64,000 nt of DNA from Chrysomallon squamiferum (lineage: Eukaryota > Animalia > Mollusca), in assembly GCA_012295275.1 (NCBI GenBank), contig CM022670.1, positions 8,804,001 to 8,868,000 of the forward strand. The letters run 5' to 3'. Shown here one piece after another: positions 26,046-38,107 of this stretch; positions within the stretch are counted from its first letter, which is position 1, and each line of letters opens with the position of its first letter. A program made the position numbers and the translations under genes. The notes under the pieces were generated by a model. That model was not told the DNA's origin and ran no database searches. It saw only the letters and a program-made list of their open reading frames with translations.

Positions 26046-27947
26046 AATGCCATGCTGCTTTGGGTTACAGATGGAAGCATCTTTCAGAGTAATAGAATAT
26101 ATAATTAAATCAACCAGTGCGATATCTGTTATTTTCTAACTAATTCAATTTTTAATGCACATGTATCAGGTAATAACAGATAGTATAACAAAATGTTCTT
26201 TTTTTATTTCCTTTCTGTTGAAAATAAAATTAAAACTAACAATATTTAGTATCTTTTCAATTTTTAAAAATTAGCCTTTTTACTACACATACATTTGAAG
26301 GTTCATCATATAGAGCCCCAAGAAGACAATAACGTAGAGAAACTAATTACTCGTTGCATCTTCCAGATATCATTAAAAATAAATGATCTACGATGCTTGC
26401 ACAGCCCTGCTCTGTCATCCACTTCATTCAATATAGATGTTAGCACCAGCTTCTTTGATCATCTTGTCTATAGCTTGTCTTACAGGTGTGTGTTACCTTT
26501 GATTGCAAGGTAATCCTTAGTTATGATGATTAATAGCCAGGTAAGTAGTGTTGTATTAATTTAACAGGGAAAGAAAGGATGCTCGAAATAATGTATTATT
26601 GTTATTGTTATTTTATACTGCTGTAATTATTTGTCAGAATAACAAAAGAACACTGGGTTATTTGTAATAAACAAAGCATAGTCATATATATGAGTATGTG
26701 TATCAATATATGAGTAGGTGTATGTGTATTGCATATATATATGTGTATGTATACACGTATGTATATTTGTATGTTTATATGTATACAAATATTTATACAT
26801 ATATTTATGCATATATTTATGCATATTGTATGTATATATGTATGTATGTATGTGTGTGTATGTGTGTGTATGTTTGTGTGCGTGTATGTATGTATATAAA
26901 CTTGGTTGTTTGTACTAAGAGAATAATTATGATCTAAAACATTAAATCTCATTTTGTTTCTGTACATTCTGAAGATGTCTATTTACTTCTGTTTTACAAG
27001 AACACATCAGATGTATTTGACTGTGTGGTAATTAATCTGAAATCTGTGTATCTTTTATACATGCACGGATACATACAAAATATATATATATGAATAAATG
27101 TTTAACAACACCCTAGCATGAATATGTACATACATACACTTGTGAATGTCTATGAATCTCTCTCTAGTGTTGGCTTTATTTCTGTACAGATATTTTATAT
27201 TAACCAAAGGGAATAATTATTGTTTAACACAAGTAAGACTTAATTTATTAATAATTATTTTTAAATAAAATTTACTGAAAACTATTACTTTATTATTTTT
27301 ATTTATTTTTTATTTGTTAATGGTGCAAAAATTTGATTCATTACAGATGTTGATAAATGATAATGATTATGATAATAACAACAATAATTTTATTACTATA
27401 TTCAATGTTGTTATTGTTATTGTTATTATTATTATTATTGATAAAACAATTAACTCTGGTAAATAAAACAGATAATAAATATAAATTTAATTCTGTTTAT
27501 TAGTCAAATGGAAACATTGCGTGTCTGCTATGCTTGATTAGTTTTTGTAGAACAATGTGATCAGAATACGGAAGTGAGGAGGCAGACGAGTTGCTACAAC
27601 AAACCGCGCCATGTTGAATAGTAGATTGGTAATGTCAGCTGAACACGCGATGCGGCCGGCTTGGGGAATAAATAAATAATTAACACAGTGAAATAAAAAC
27701 ACCATATGTTTGTTTTATTTAGACACTCATGCAAAAAAAGTCAAAGATGAGACAGCAGTCTGCATTACTGACACCACGGTAATATATTAGTTACGAGTCA
27801 AAAGCTGAAAACATTTTTGTCAGCGACCCAATTACGTGCCCTTTGTTTACAGTGGTTACCCGAACACGCATGAAAATTTGTGAAATGATGAATAATACTA
27901 TAATAAAAAAAAAATAAACAATAAAATAAATTACAGAACGAACTTAC

Positions 27948-28313
27948 TTTACTTTTCAGTTGGTTTGCTGCTGTCCCCTGGGGCAGGCCTGGTCGAATGG
28001 AAGATTCTGTGTCTGCGATTCCATCCACTGTCCCGACAGTGAGGCGTCGCGGGTGTTTGATCGCTTCTTTCTCCAGCAGACTTTTTACGGTCGGGGGTCT
28101 CGACTGCCATGGACGTCGTGCACTAGCGGCCTGTGTCGCAGGTCGTTTCGGCAGTAACGCGTTTAAAGACGCCGACGCTGTGGACGGACGGACGAAGTTG
28201 TCAAACAACCCACTGCTATATCCTGGGTATGTCTGTAAATTTGCGGCTGCCGAAGTAGGACGAATTTTCTTTTTCGCTCGGCTCATCGAAGACGCTGTCG
28301 GACCCGTCGGCAT
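27948..28313 (-). CDS. WDR49: probable distal first coding exon of the WDR49-like gene (122 aa, RPxSA/RPxTA-rich)
   Basis: MPTGPTASSMSRAKKKIRPTSAAAN...QLKSK|GTAAGT; perfect donor, phase 0; CpG-rich, next to a CpG-rich promoter-like region. Confidence 0.65.
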
Positions 28314-28379
28314 TCTTGGGGATTGTTGTTTTTGTTTTGTTTTGTTTCTTTTTTTTAACCAAAGTATATGTTTCACTTG

Positions 28380-28590
28380 TCACAGTGGGGTTTTTTTTTT
28401 CGTTACCTCCCTTGACGAATCTATTAGTTTCTCTGCTTGTCCCGTAACACACCTTTCAACTTCCCGCAACCAAACAACCGCTGACCAGTGTTGCCTAAAT
28501 CCACGGGAACCCTAAACAAAGCGTAACGGAATCAAAACTGATTGTAACGCATTCCGTGCTATTGTACCTCGGTGTGTGCACGAAGAGGAA
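28380..28590 (-). promoter_or_regulatory. CpG-rich promoter/5'UTR region of the WDR49-like gene with X-box half-sites
   Basis: CpG enrichment relative to the gene body; GTTGCC...GGGAAC at 28490-28510. Confidence 0.35.
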
Positions 28591-28878
28591 CGACCTACTC
28601 GACAAGTATTACAATATTCTGTACTTAATATATATACACACACACATTACTAAGCAGATTATATCATTTAACAATATTGTTTTATTAGTGTATAGATCTC
28701 TCTGCGGATGATAATAATAACATTACAGTACTAAACAATACATATTGATATTCTCCATGGATTCAATTATCACTAAATTACAGAAATTTACAAGTTACTG
28801 GTGGTAATTTCGCGAGTTGTTTAGGAAACTAAACAATATTAACAAAACTTCTAACTTCAAGAAAAATAAATTAATTTG

Positions 28879-28925
<47 letters not shown>

Positions 28926-29422
28926 CGTAAATATATGCATAAAATCTCCCAAATTAAGTAAATAAAACAGCCATTTTGTAACATAAATTATTACTTTTTC
29001 TACTATGGTTTCAATCAAATTTTCTATAAAAATACATCGATAATATTAAATTATATGTTTTTGTGTTTCATATAAATATAATATCTTACAGCAAATAGTA
29101 CATACCTATTTGATTATCCTTAGAAAAAATTCGATAAATGTGTTTGCATTTCACGAGTTAAATAAATCATCTATAATGACGTCATAAAAAGAATGCTGTT
29201 ATAGCAACACTCGTTACGTTTTTATTAACAACATACGTACGTTTTGTTTTCGTCTTCACATCTGTGATTTATTTATTTATTTATTTTTATTTATTTATTT
29301 TTCCTAGTTATTTCGATTTGGTGAAACGTTAATGAGTGATGCACTCATTATTTGCTTTTTTTCCTTTTTTTTTTCTTATAAATATAATATTTCTTCCGTC
29401 CTTTTTATAATAATAATAATAA

Positions 29423-29453
<31 letters not shown>

Positions 29454-31086
29454 AAGAAGAAGAAGAAGAAACAGAAGAAGTAATAAATAAATATAATTTT
29501 TTATTTTTATTTTTGTCACTGAAGAGAGATATTTTTAAATTTATAATCTGTGTTGATAATGCTACCATTAACATTCTCGTGCGCTGGTGTACTCGTAAAA
29601 TATGCCCAATAAACATTAAATTATTGTAATTTCAGCACGTTTATTTTACTTGGGATTTAGCAGGCCTGAAGATGAAGTTTCACGTTATAAATATGTTAAA
29701 ATCGTTTTTGTACAACCGCTAGGGTCATGCAACCGAATACGATGGATAAGGTGGGTCGGGTTTTTTTTTTTTTTTTTTTTTGCGGGGTGAGTGGGTGGAG
29801 GGGGAACGGGTTTACTTTATTTCACCGGCACAGCGTAATATATATATATATATATATATATTTAAATGCAACTACTGATTTATTGTGTCTCATACTATTC
29901 ACTATCAAATCACACTTCGTAAAGTAAAAAAAAAAAAAGAGGAAAAATAATATGGTTTGTAGGCACTAAACATACAGACGTTAAATGATTGGTTTGCTGT
30001 TGTTTCTGCTATTAACGGATTCTTTCATGTACTTTTCTTCAGTTTGTTCAAGCTGCAACAACAATTAAAGAAACCTTTTTTCTTTTTTTAAAGTGCCGCT
30101 TCTTTAATCGAAAAAAGCTCCTCATTATTAATTTTATCGTATGTAGCTGTAGTCTCGATAGTTCAAATCCGCCTAAATCGGAAATTACCGGGAATATAAT
30201 CTTTTGATATTTATAAAATTATTTTAAAATTAAATACCATTGTTATAAGCACTAATTATTTTCTTACTAGCATTTAATGTTTTTATTTCCACTTTAAATA
30301 CTTTAATTATTAAATTAATGTAAACGCCTTTTAATTAAACTGGATTGTCTTCACAGCTGGTTTTGCAATATTTATCAAGTAACTTTTAACAAATCTTAAT
30401 GTATAAAATCAAACCAGGTAACAGAATACGACAGAGATGTATGTGGCTGAACAATAAGTAAAGTTTGACATCTATTTTATACCTTCTGAACTTATAATGT
30501 TAATTTAATGAACTGATTAATGTTTGTGTATGTGTTTATATATATGAATGAATAATTATCTCAGAACTGTTACATAATAAAATATTGTTGTTTTAATGTT
30601 TTAGGCCTGTATTTTTAACTAAATAATATGAACAAAAATGAAATAATAATTCTATACCCAGAGTATATATCATTAATATTTAGTATGACTTTTCATACAC
30701 CCGATATCAAATATTGAGAGCTTGATCAATACATTATGAATAAACAAATCACTTAAAAACAAATCCCAAAAAATATTTTACAAATTTTATTTTATAATAT
30801 TGGTTTGTACATAAATGCATAACAGTAAACAAAAACTTAACTAAAGCAATATATTTGTAATATATCTTTGTTATTTTGTTTCAAAAAATATATATATAGA
30901 CAAGTGTTCTCATAAAAAAAAAAAGGCTTTGCCAATTCTATGCATTTTTGCATCCGCAAATAGACAAAGGAACAATTTTTTTTACAAGGTTCAATATCTG
31001 AAATGTATCTGCAATCTGCAAATGAGGGTTTGTATTTGTGGTGTTTTTTTTTTTTATATATAATAAGTTAATTAGATATTTGTTTC

Positions 31087-31644
31087 TCAACACCACGTAC
31101 AAACTTTCCCGTCCTTGAAATACGTATCAAGAGAATCGTCAAACACGTTTTCAGAAATGTTTTCAAGATCGCTGGACAACGAATCGCTGTCTTTTGAATC
31201 AGGAGACGTGAAGAAATTGTCGTTCAGAATTTCCAGCAGATCTAACTCTTCTGAAACACGGCGCGACACACCAGCGACGTTGCAGCTACCTCTGCGGTGC
31301 AGTGGGTCCGTGTTCCTCTGCGGCGACAAATGTCGGTCGAGGATGTTCTGCAGAGCGTCAAAGCCCGGACTCCCCGAACACGCCGGCGAGGAGTGTCGTC
31401 TCGATATCTTGTGTTTCGGGGATGCGTCGCTTTCAGAACTCAGAAAGGGTCGAATTTTCCGCTCGCTTATTTGTTTGATAAGTTTCTTTACTTGACTCTC
31501 CTTCCTTCTGTAGCTGCCGCAGTCCGTTTCTCGTAACATTCCGTCCATTTCCGTGATGAGTTTTTGCTTTCTGTTTCGTTCTTCCTGTTCGGCGCTCTTC
31601 AACTGATTCAAGATGGAATCTTTAAGCTGATTTTGACTTGGCAT
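31087..31644 (-). CDS. uncharacterised intronless 185-aa protein (N-terminal coiled coil, RRxS motifs, acidic Ser-rich tail, C-terminal VCTWC)
   Basis: GC-rich non-repetitive ORF in AT-rich flanks; ATG 31642-31644 in AAAATG context; TATA-like TATATAA near 32114-32120 on the minus strand. Confidence 0.7.
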   Translation of the reverse strand: MPSQNQLKDSILNQLKSAEQEERNRKQKLITEMDGMLRETDCGSYRRKESQVKKLIKQISERKIRPFLSSESDASPKHKISRRHSSPACSGSPGFDALQNILDRHLSPQRNTDPLHRRGSCNVAGVSRRVSEELDLLEILNDNFFTSPDSKDSDSLSSDLENISENVFDDSLDTYFKDGKVCTWC

Positions 31645-32776
31645 TTTTTTTTTTTTATACTTTAACAAATAACTTTCAACTTCAACAACAAAAAAAACCC
31701 GCACACAGGTAATTTCTCAGATCTGACTTTCCTTTCGCTGGCTGAGGTGAATGTAAACGTTTTCGAACTCGAACTGTTTTAAATGATGGCTGTAACGGCC
31801 AAGAGCCTATTATTATGTAGTCTGGTTTTACAGGTGACACCAGGTGGTCCATGGAAATGATCGGATGTACGAGAGGCCCTAGTAACACTTATTTTCTGTT
31901 CCCAAGCGAATGTGATTGCTACCCGGAGAGGAAAAGTGAAAGATCAAAAGGATCCAAGTAACAGGTGCGAATAGTGTTTTTCTTTGAAACAAAAAAAAAG
32001 CTAGCTTTCGCTAAGCGGTCGTTAGGTTGTGTTTAATGCCATTGTTACTCTCAGCGTGTCTGCTAATTAGCCACTGCATTGATTACCGTCTACTTGGAAT
32101 TCACTGATAATAGTTATATAAACAAAGCTGCTAATCTGTCATTGTCTAGAAGCACAAATTAAGTCATGCTTTCTTTTTCTTTTCGTTCTCGAGTACAACC
32201 TACACTTCGTTATTCGAAACACTGAATGGAGCACACTTTGTTATATAGAGCAGTAAGTTATATGTAGTTGAAAGTTTATGAGGTTTAAGAGAAAAGTGTG
32301 TTATATTTTTTTTTACAATATTAACTATTTAGAAATCTTTGACATGCTCTATAACCATTTTCTTACCTGACAGTTTTCTCGGTTTTCAAGAACGTGGATT
32401 AATAAAAGTTATTTATTATTACCTGCAGTTGGTTTGTAACCATATGGTTGTATTTCATTCAAAATACTGGTAATTTACAAACATTATTTTTATATTAATA
32501 GTGTTATTAAAAAAAAGTAAATAAATAAATAATTAAATAATAAGATAAACTATAAACAAAGCTAAATGAAATAAAGAAATAATCAAAGAAATATCAGAAT
32601 ATTAATTACACCTACACACTATTTTGTGCTCTTGTAATGAAAAGAAGAAACATTTTTTTTTTCTTCTTTTTATTATTATTGCTGTTGTTATTATTTGAAC
32701 AATGTATATTATTAGCGATATCGGAAAGTCCGAGAAAAATCATTATTAAGGCATTTAAAAAAAAAAAATTTTTTTT

Positions 32777-32860
<84 letters not shown>

Positions 32861-33510
32861 AGCATTCCTTTTTTTTTTTTTTTATTGTTCATAACAAAAT
32901 AACCATAACCTTTTTCTTTATTAATATTATCACACAATATTTTTTTTTTACACCTTCATCCCCAGACGTAATTTAATAACTGCCTGCTTGCATTACCTTC
33001 AATCTGTTATGACAGTAATTAATTGCTGTTCCGGTTCTTTCCACATCAGAGAACGAAAACTGTCATTAATAACTTAAAAGCCACTTTATGTGAAGCCGCG
33101 CTGATTGCTATCCGGGATGGCGCCGCATTCATCTGCTGGCGTCACTGAATACACAGAAGCAAATTAACTACAGTTATTGAGTTGCCGGGTTGGTTCCATT
33201 CAAAACGTTGCTATCTGATTTCACCATACATCGTTTTGCAGCTTATCCAGAACGCAGGAATATTAACCGGCTTGAAATTTTGTTTTCTTCGTGAATCCAT
33301 CCGATATTAATGGAAGTGTAATTAAAGATAAGACCGAAATGCTACCAGGGACCTGCATAGAAATAATTACGCTAAATTAACAAGAAGGTATTGTATCATG
33401 ATGATGATGATGGTGATGATCAGTAATAAACGTTCTACGATTATCACCAGGGGTGAACAGATAAAATTTGAAAAAAATTGACGTGTGCGTCTCTTGATAA
33501 AAAATATATC

Positions 33511-33548
<38 letters not shown>

Positions 33549-33880
33549 CAAACATTTTGAAACGTTTCAGTAATTGGGTTATTCTTTACTGAATCTTTTT
33601 CGTTAGTGGGGAAAAAAATCAAAAACAGAAAACACCCCAAAATAATAACAACAACAACAACAACAAAAATATAATAAATAATAATACTAATATTCTATAG
33701 CATACATGTACATTTATTTTCACTATTCCTTGTTTATACGGTTCTAATTGTTCAAAATATTGTTTCACTTAGTTTTGACTCACTTGTTAGAAACTTACAT
33801 TATATAAATATTATTTGTTATTCTGCTTTATAAAAAAAAAAAAAAAAAAAAAAGAAAAGAAAAAAAGCGAAATGATACAT

Positions 33881-33962
33881 CGACGAGGATGGGATTCGAA
33901 CCCACGCGGGCAGAGCCCAATGGATTAGCAGTCCATCGCCTTAACCACTCGGCCACCTCGTC
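33881..33962 (-). tRNA. tRNA-Ser(GCT), intact (copy 1)
   Basis: GACGAGGTGGCCGAGTGGTTAAGGCGATGGACTGCTAATCCATTGGGCTCTGCCCGCGTGGGTTCGAATCCCATCCTCGTCG; 82 nt, long variable arm, A/B boxes, downstream T-run. Confidence 0.97.
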
Positions 33963-34285
33963 ATAGTGTTCACATGTTGAATACCTTCATGTACACCGAT
34001 ATATTAAAAAATACTTGCGTATGTTGAATAAAAATGACATTAAGTAGAATTAAAACAAAATGCTTTTGGTGCAGTTATAAGTCAAAACAAAACAAAACAA
34101 AAAATAATAATAATAATAATAAATTTTGTATTAAGTTATATAAAAGTAATGTTAACTTCAGTCACTATAATTAAAAATGAAATTATAGACTATTATAACT
34201 ATTAAATGGTATAGAGATGAAAAACAGAAACTATATTTCAAAAATTAGAATTACTATTAAAAAAAAAAAAAATAAAACACATCAT

Positions 34286-34367
34286 CGACGAGGATGGGAT
34301 TCGAACCCACGCGGGCAGAGCCCAATGGATTAGCAGTCCATCGCCTTAACCACTCGGCCACCTCGTC
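34286..34367 (-). tRNA. tRNA-Ser(GCT), intact (copy 2)
   Basis: Identical 82-nt sequence; downstream T-run. Confidence 0.97.
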
Positions 34368-35397
34368 ATGGAGGTCACATATTGAATACCTTTATGTACA
34401 CATTTAAAAATGCTTAGATACGTTGAATAAAAAAAACAAAAACAAAAACAAGAAACTTTTCTTCTTTTTTCAAAATAATATTCTTAAGATGCTTCAATGC
34501 TTTGACAACATTTATAAAAAGAAGAAGGAAAAAAAAAAGGCATATTGGTTAATTTTCTAGTTAATACTTTTTAAATTCTTTATATTATTATTTTATTTTA
34601 TTTTATTATTTATTTTTGTTTTGTTTGTTTGTTCCTTTTCCATCCCGTCACCACACTAGATATAATATAATTTTTGTTTTCATTGTTATATAGGGAAAAT
34701 GTATATAAAAGTTCCTTGTTGTTAGTCGGTAACAATAAAGCCTGTGAAAGTGGTGACAATAATGGGTTTATCTGTTCTCTTCGACATACTCTTTATGGAC
34801 GATTTCTGATTAACTACTCACAATCTGCTACGCCGGCCATTTTGATAAGCAAACAGTAGTGTTTTCTTAATCGCTTGTATGTGAAAGATGTTTTTCCAGA
34901 TGTATTTGTTATTTAACTGCTGTGGTTTTGTGAAGAACGTTGAAGCTTACTTCCAGTTCGTAAGTATATGCGGATCTTACTTTATTATTGTCAAGTTAAA
35001 TGGCTTGTTTGTGTATGAAATAAAATGCTGGAGCATCTCCAAAAAGTCATTTATATGGTTCATTATAAATAAGGGAAAATACTTTAAATTTGTTGCCTCA
35101 GTGAATAATATTCTCGTGTTGCTTCAATGCTTTTGATCACATTTTCAGCTTATCAGCGAAATAAGTTAATTAACATATCTCAGAGGCTTGGCAAAAAATC
35201 GTAAAATCATTCATTAAAACCTTTTGACACATTTGACACATCTGTTAATAAATATATTTCTATAGAATAGACAGAAAAAATGAAAGAAATAAAAAGTGAT
35301 AGACTTATAAAGAGAATGAAATAAGTAATCTTGAAAACAAATTATTAGCATATCAAAACGTTACAAATACTGTATAAAAAAAGAGTAAAGAATACAT

Positions 35398-35479
35398 CGA
35401 CGAGGATGGGATTCGAACCCACGCGGGCAGAGCCCAATGGATTAGCAGTCCATCGCCTTAACCACTCGGCCACCTCGTC
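35398..35479 (-). tRNA. tRNA-Ser(GCT), intact (copy 3)
   Basis: Identical 82-nt sequence; downstream T7 run. Confidence 0.97.
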
Positions 35480-35633
35480 ATACGGGTTACACGTTTAACT
35501 TTCATAACAGTAAAAATAAAAATAAATAAAAATAAATAATAATAATAATAAAAAAATATATTATTCATCGAAGAGGATGGGATTCGAACCCACGCGAGCA
35601 GAGCCCAATGGATTAGCAGTCCATCGCCTTAAC

Positions 35634-36077
35634 TTTTTTTTTTGTTTTTTGTTTATGAGATGTGTTTATTATACAGAATGAAACAATGATTAAAAACAGA
35701 GAAAATAGTTCAGTCCTTCATTTCACCTTCCTCGTCTTCTTCTTCTACTCCACGAATATACAAAACATTATTGCATCTGATCAAACATTCACCAAGATTT
35801 CCTGCCAGTGCTCCATCAATGTATTCTTCTGTATTAGCCAACTGAAGATTCATGTAGCCATCCACAGACACCAAATAACCTTTGTACTCCATTCCCCATT
35901 TCAGTTTCACCATCACAGGTTTGCCAGTTAACTGATTCAAGAAGGGTTTTGGGTTCATAGGCAGCGTCGCCATTTTGTAATTATTGTGTATGTCTCTACT
36001 TTAAATGAAAAAAATCGCAAGTAATGTCAACATTCATAAAACTAGTAATCGTCCACCAAACGTGCTCTGAACACCAT
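35634..36077 (-). mobile_element. processed retrocopy of SmF mRNA (104-nt 5'UTR, CDS, 3'UTR, poly(A)), 444 bp
   Basis: Poly(A) remnant at 35634-35643, AATAAA at 35665-35670 (minus), intronless ORF, TSD 35622-35633 / 36078-36089. Confidence 0.92.
35710..35973 (-). CDS. SNRPF: small nuclear ribonucleoprotein F (SmF), intact intronless retrocopy, 87 aa
   Basis: [54 protein letters not shown]...[12 protein letters not shown]; typical SmF Sm1/Sm2 motifs. Confidence 0.95.
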   Translation of the reverse strand: MATLPMNPKPFLNQLTGKPVMVKLKWGMEYKGYLVSVDGYMNLQLANTEEYIDGALAGNLGECLIRCNNVLYIRGVEEEDEEGEMKD

Positions 36078-36257
36078 CATCGCCTTAACCACTCGGCCAC
36101 CTCGTCATACGGGTTACACGTTTAACTTTCATAACAGTAAAAATAAAAATAAATAAAAATAAATAATAATAATAATAAAAAAATATATTATTCATCGAAG
36201 AGGATGGGATTCGAACCCACGCGAGCAGAGCCCAATGGATTAGCAGTCCATCGCCTT

Positions 36258-38107
36258 TTTTTTTTTTTTTCTTTTTTAATAATTTTATTGAATCAAAATA
36301 GTGTAAAAACATTATAAAAGTTCAGTTTATACAAGTGATAAATCAAAACTTCTTTGAAAATATATATATATTTTTTTTAAGTAAAAAATAAAAAGAAATA
36401 TATTTTAAGACATATTTTAGATGTTAATGTACTGATAAAGTCTTCTAAAGCACCACAGCTGCAGACAAACATTATTTCATAGAAACATTAGGTCTGATTC
36501 TAACTGGTAATATAAATTATCTTACAAAGCTTCTACCTTCTTTATCTGGAATGATGTAAATGATCACATTTGAACAAACCTTTGTGAACATCAGTAAATG
36601 AATGGTTAAGCAAAAACTTGTTTTCTTCTTAAAACCTGGAATAAGTCATGTGTTTGCCAATCTTGATGATGAGCCACTTGAAGAACACTCTTCACCCGTA
36701 TTGGCTGTTGACTGTTCACAGAAAGCTCTTAGAGCATGGATCAGTTCTAATGAATTATTAATGTTAGTTGTTGTCTGAGCCATTTCACTGCAAAACTGGT
36801 CAAAAGATTCACGAGAATCATCTTTCCTACGAATATTTCCAAAAGCACTTTCAGCCATGAGTACAATTTGGTTTTGTACATCCTCCAAAGTACAAACATG
36901 TTCTTTTTCAGCTTCCACATTCAGCTATCATTGGGTGTAAACCTACACTGTAAGATACACTGACCGGGTAAATTGTATAAAAGTCTTCCAGAATCCATCT
37001 TGGACATTAGAATTATGTAAAAGCTACTGTCAGTAAAACGATGTTTTAATTTTTGTTTCAACACTGATCTATTTCCAAGTGCAAGTGTTTCTCAACAGGT
37101 TGTATCTGCTCATAATCAGCAATGTGGATTTTCATCTAACAACTGGATGGCTTACTAGATTGTTAGCATTTCTTAGTCAAATGGCACCGTGATCAAAATT
37201 ATTACTAATTTTATTATATCAAATGTATCAGTTATTATTTGGAAAGAAGTACTTATCTCGACTGATATATTTATGATAAGAACAAAATGGACTTGAAATC
37301 CATTAATTCAATCACCAACACATTTCTTCATAGTGCAGCAATAATAAAGCATACAGTTTGAAAAATTGCTTCTTTTCAATAAAATGATTTTCTCCCCTTC
37401 CAGGATGATTTTCATTTTCAGATGCTTTGCATGGTGTCAGAAAGGTTTAAAATTCTGTACGGACATTTTTCTGTTCAGTTCGGCAAGGACAATGGAATAC
37501 TGCAAAGCTTTCTCAGGCGGCACATTGGCAAACATGTCTTCCTCTGGAAGTGGCTTCACTTCTTTTGCTACTTTGTCTTCAGATTTTGACCTATTTAACG
37601 AGCCCTTTGGACGACCCCTCCTTTTCTTAGAACTGTCATTCACATTCTCAGTTTTGCTTTCACTTTTAGTTCTAAATCTTTTTGTTGTGTATTCAATATC
37701 TAAAGGATTGAAAAAGTCTGGTCTAACTCGTTTCGTCCTAACTGATCTTGTTTGTTTTGGCATGTTATCTTCTTTTCCAGGAGGACTTTCTTTGTCTTCA
37801 GATGTTCCAGAAAGACGTCGACATGGGAAAGTGAAACCACATGCACATGACTTACATGCTACAGGTATCTGTTTCTCGCATGTTGGACAGGACTTAACTA
37901 CAGTGCGGTCAATTTTCTTTCCTTTTGCCACTTTCATTGTGGATTTTTTGGCTATTTGATCAATTTTATTTTGAACAGACATTATTAATATGAAAAAGCT
38001 ATAACCTTGTTATGTAATTATATGTCAACTGCTGACGATAAAAGTCCTTTATCTTATAAAAAAATATTAAAACTAAATATCCATTCTACAGAACTTACTT
38101 CCTATAT
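36258..38107 (-). mobile_element. processed retrocopy of C16orf87-like mRNA (125-nt 5'UTR, CDS, about 1.17-kb 3'UTR, poly(A)), 1850 bp
   Basis: Poly(A) at about 36256-36270, AATAAA at 36284-36289 (minus), no introns or microsatellites, TSD 36244-36257 / 38108-38121. Confidence 0.9.
37437..37982 (-). CDS. C16orf87: UPF0547 protein C16orf87 homolog, intact intronless retrocopy, 181 aa
   Basis: Zinc ribbon KSCPTCEKQIPVACKSCACGFTF, AT-hook-like KRRGRPKG, C-terminal EDMFANVPPEKALQYSIVLAELNRK. Confidence 0.9.
   Translation of the reverse strand: MSVQNKIDQIAKKSTMKVAKGKKIDRTVVKSCPTCEKQIPVACKSCACGFTFPCRRLSGTSEDKESPPGKEDNMPKQTRSVRTKRVRPDFFNPLDIEYTTKRFRTKSESKTENVNDSSKKRRGRPKGSLNRSKSEDKVAKEVKPLPEEDMFANVPPEKALQYSIVLAELNRKMSVQNFKPF

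Larger units (their letters stand above)
35569..36106 (-). pseudogene. tRNA-Ser(GCT) copy 4, split by the SmF retrocopy (nt 1-29 at 36106-36078; nt 18-82 at 35633-35569)
   Basis: Both halves present; 12-bp duplication CATCGCCTTAAC; substitutions at 35572 and 35597. Confidence 0.93.
35451..36257. repeat. perfect 180-bp direct repeat (35451-35630 = 36078-36257) flanking the SmF retrocopy
   Basis: Base-by-base identical, including the 89-bp AT microsatellite spacer and two tRNA substitutions. Confidence 0.92.

Noticed and set aside
38050-38100. GTAAGT...TTTATAAG in the C16orf87 retrocopy 5'UTR as a retained intron
   Set aside because: Only about 45 nt; cannot be distinguished from UTR sequence without the parent gene.
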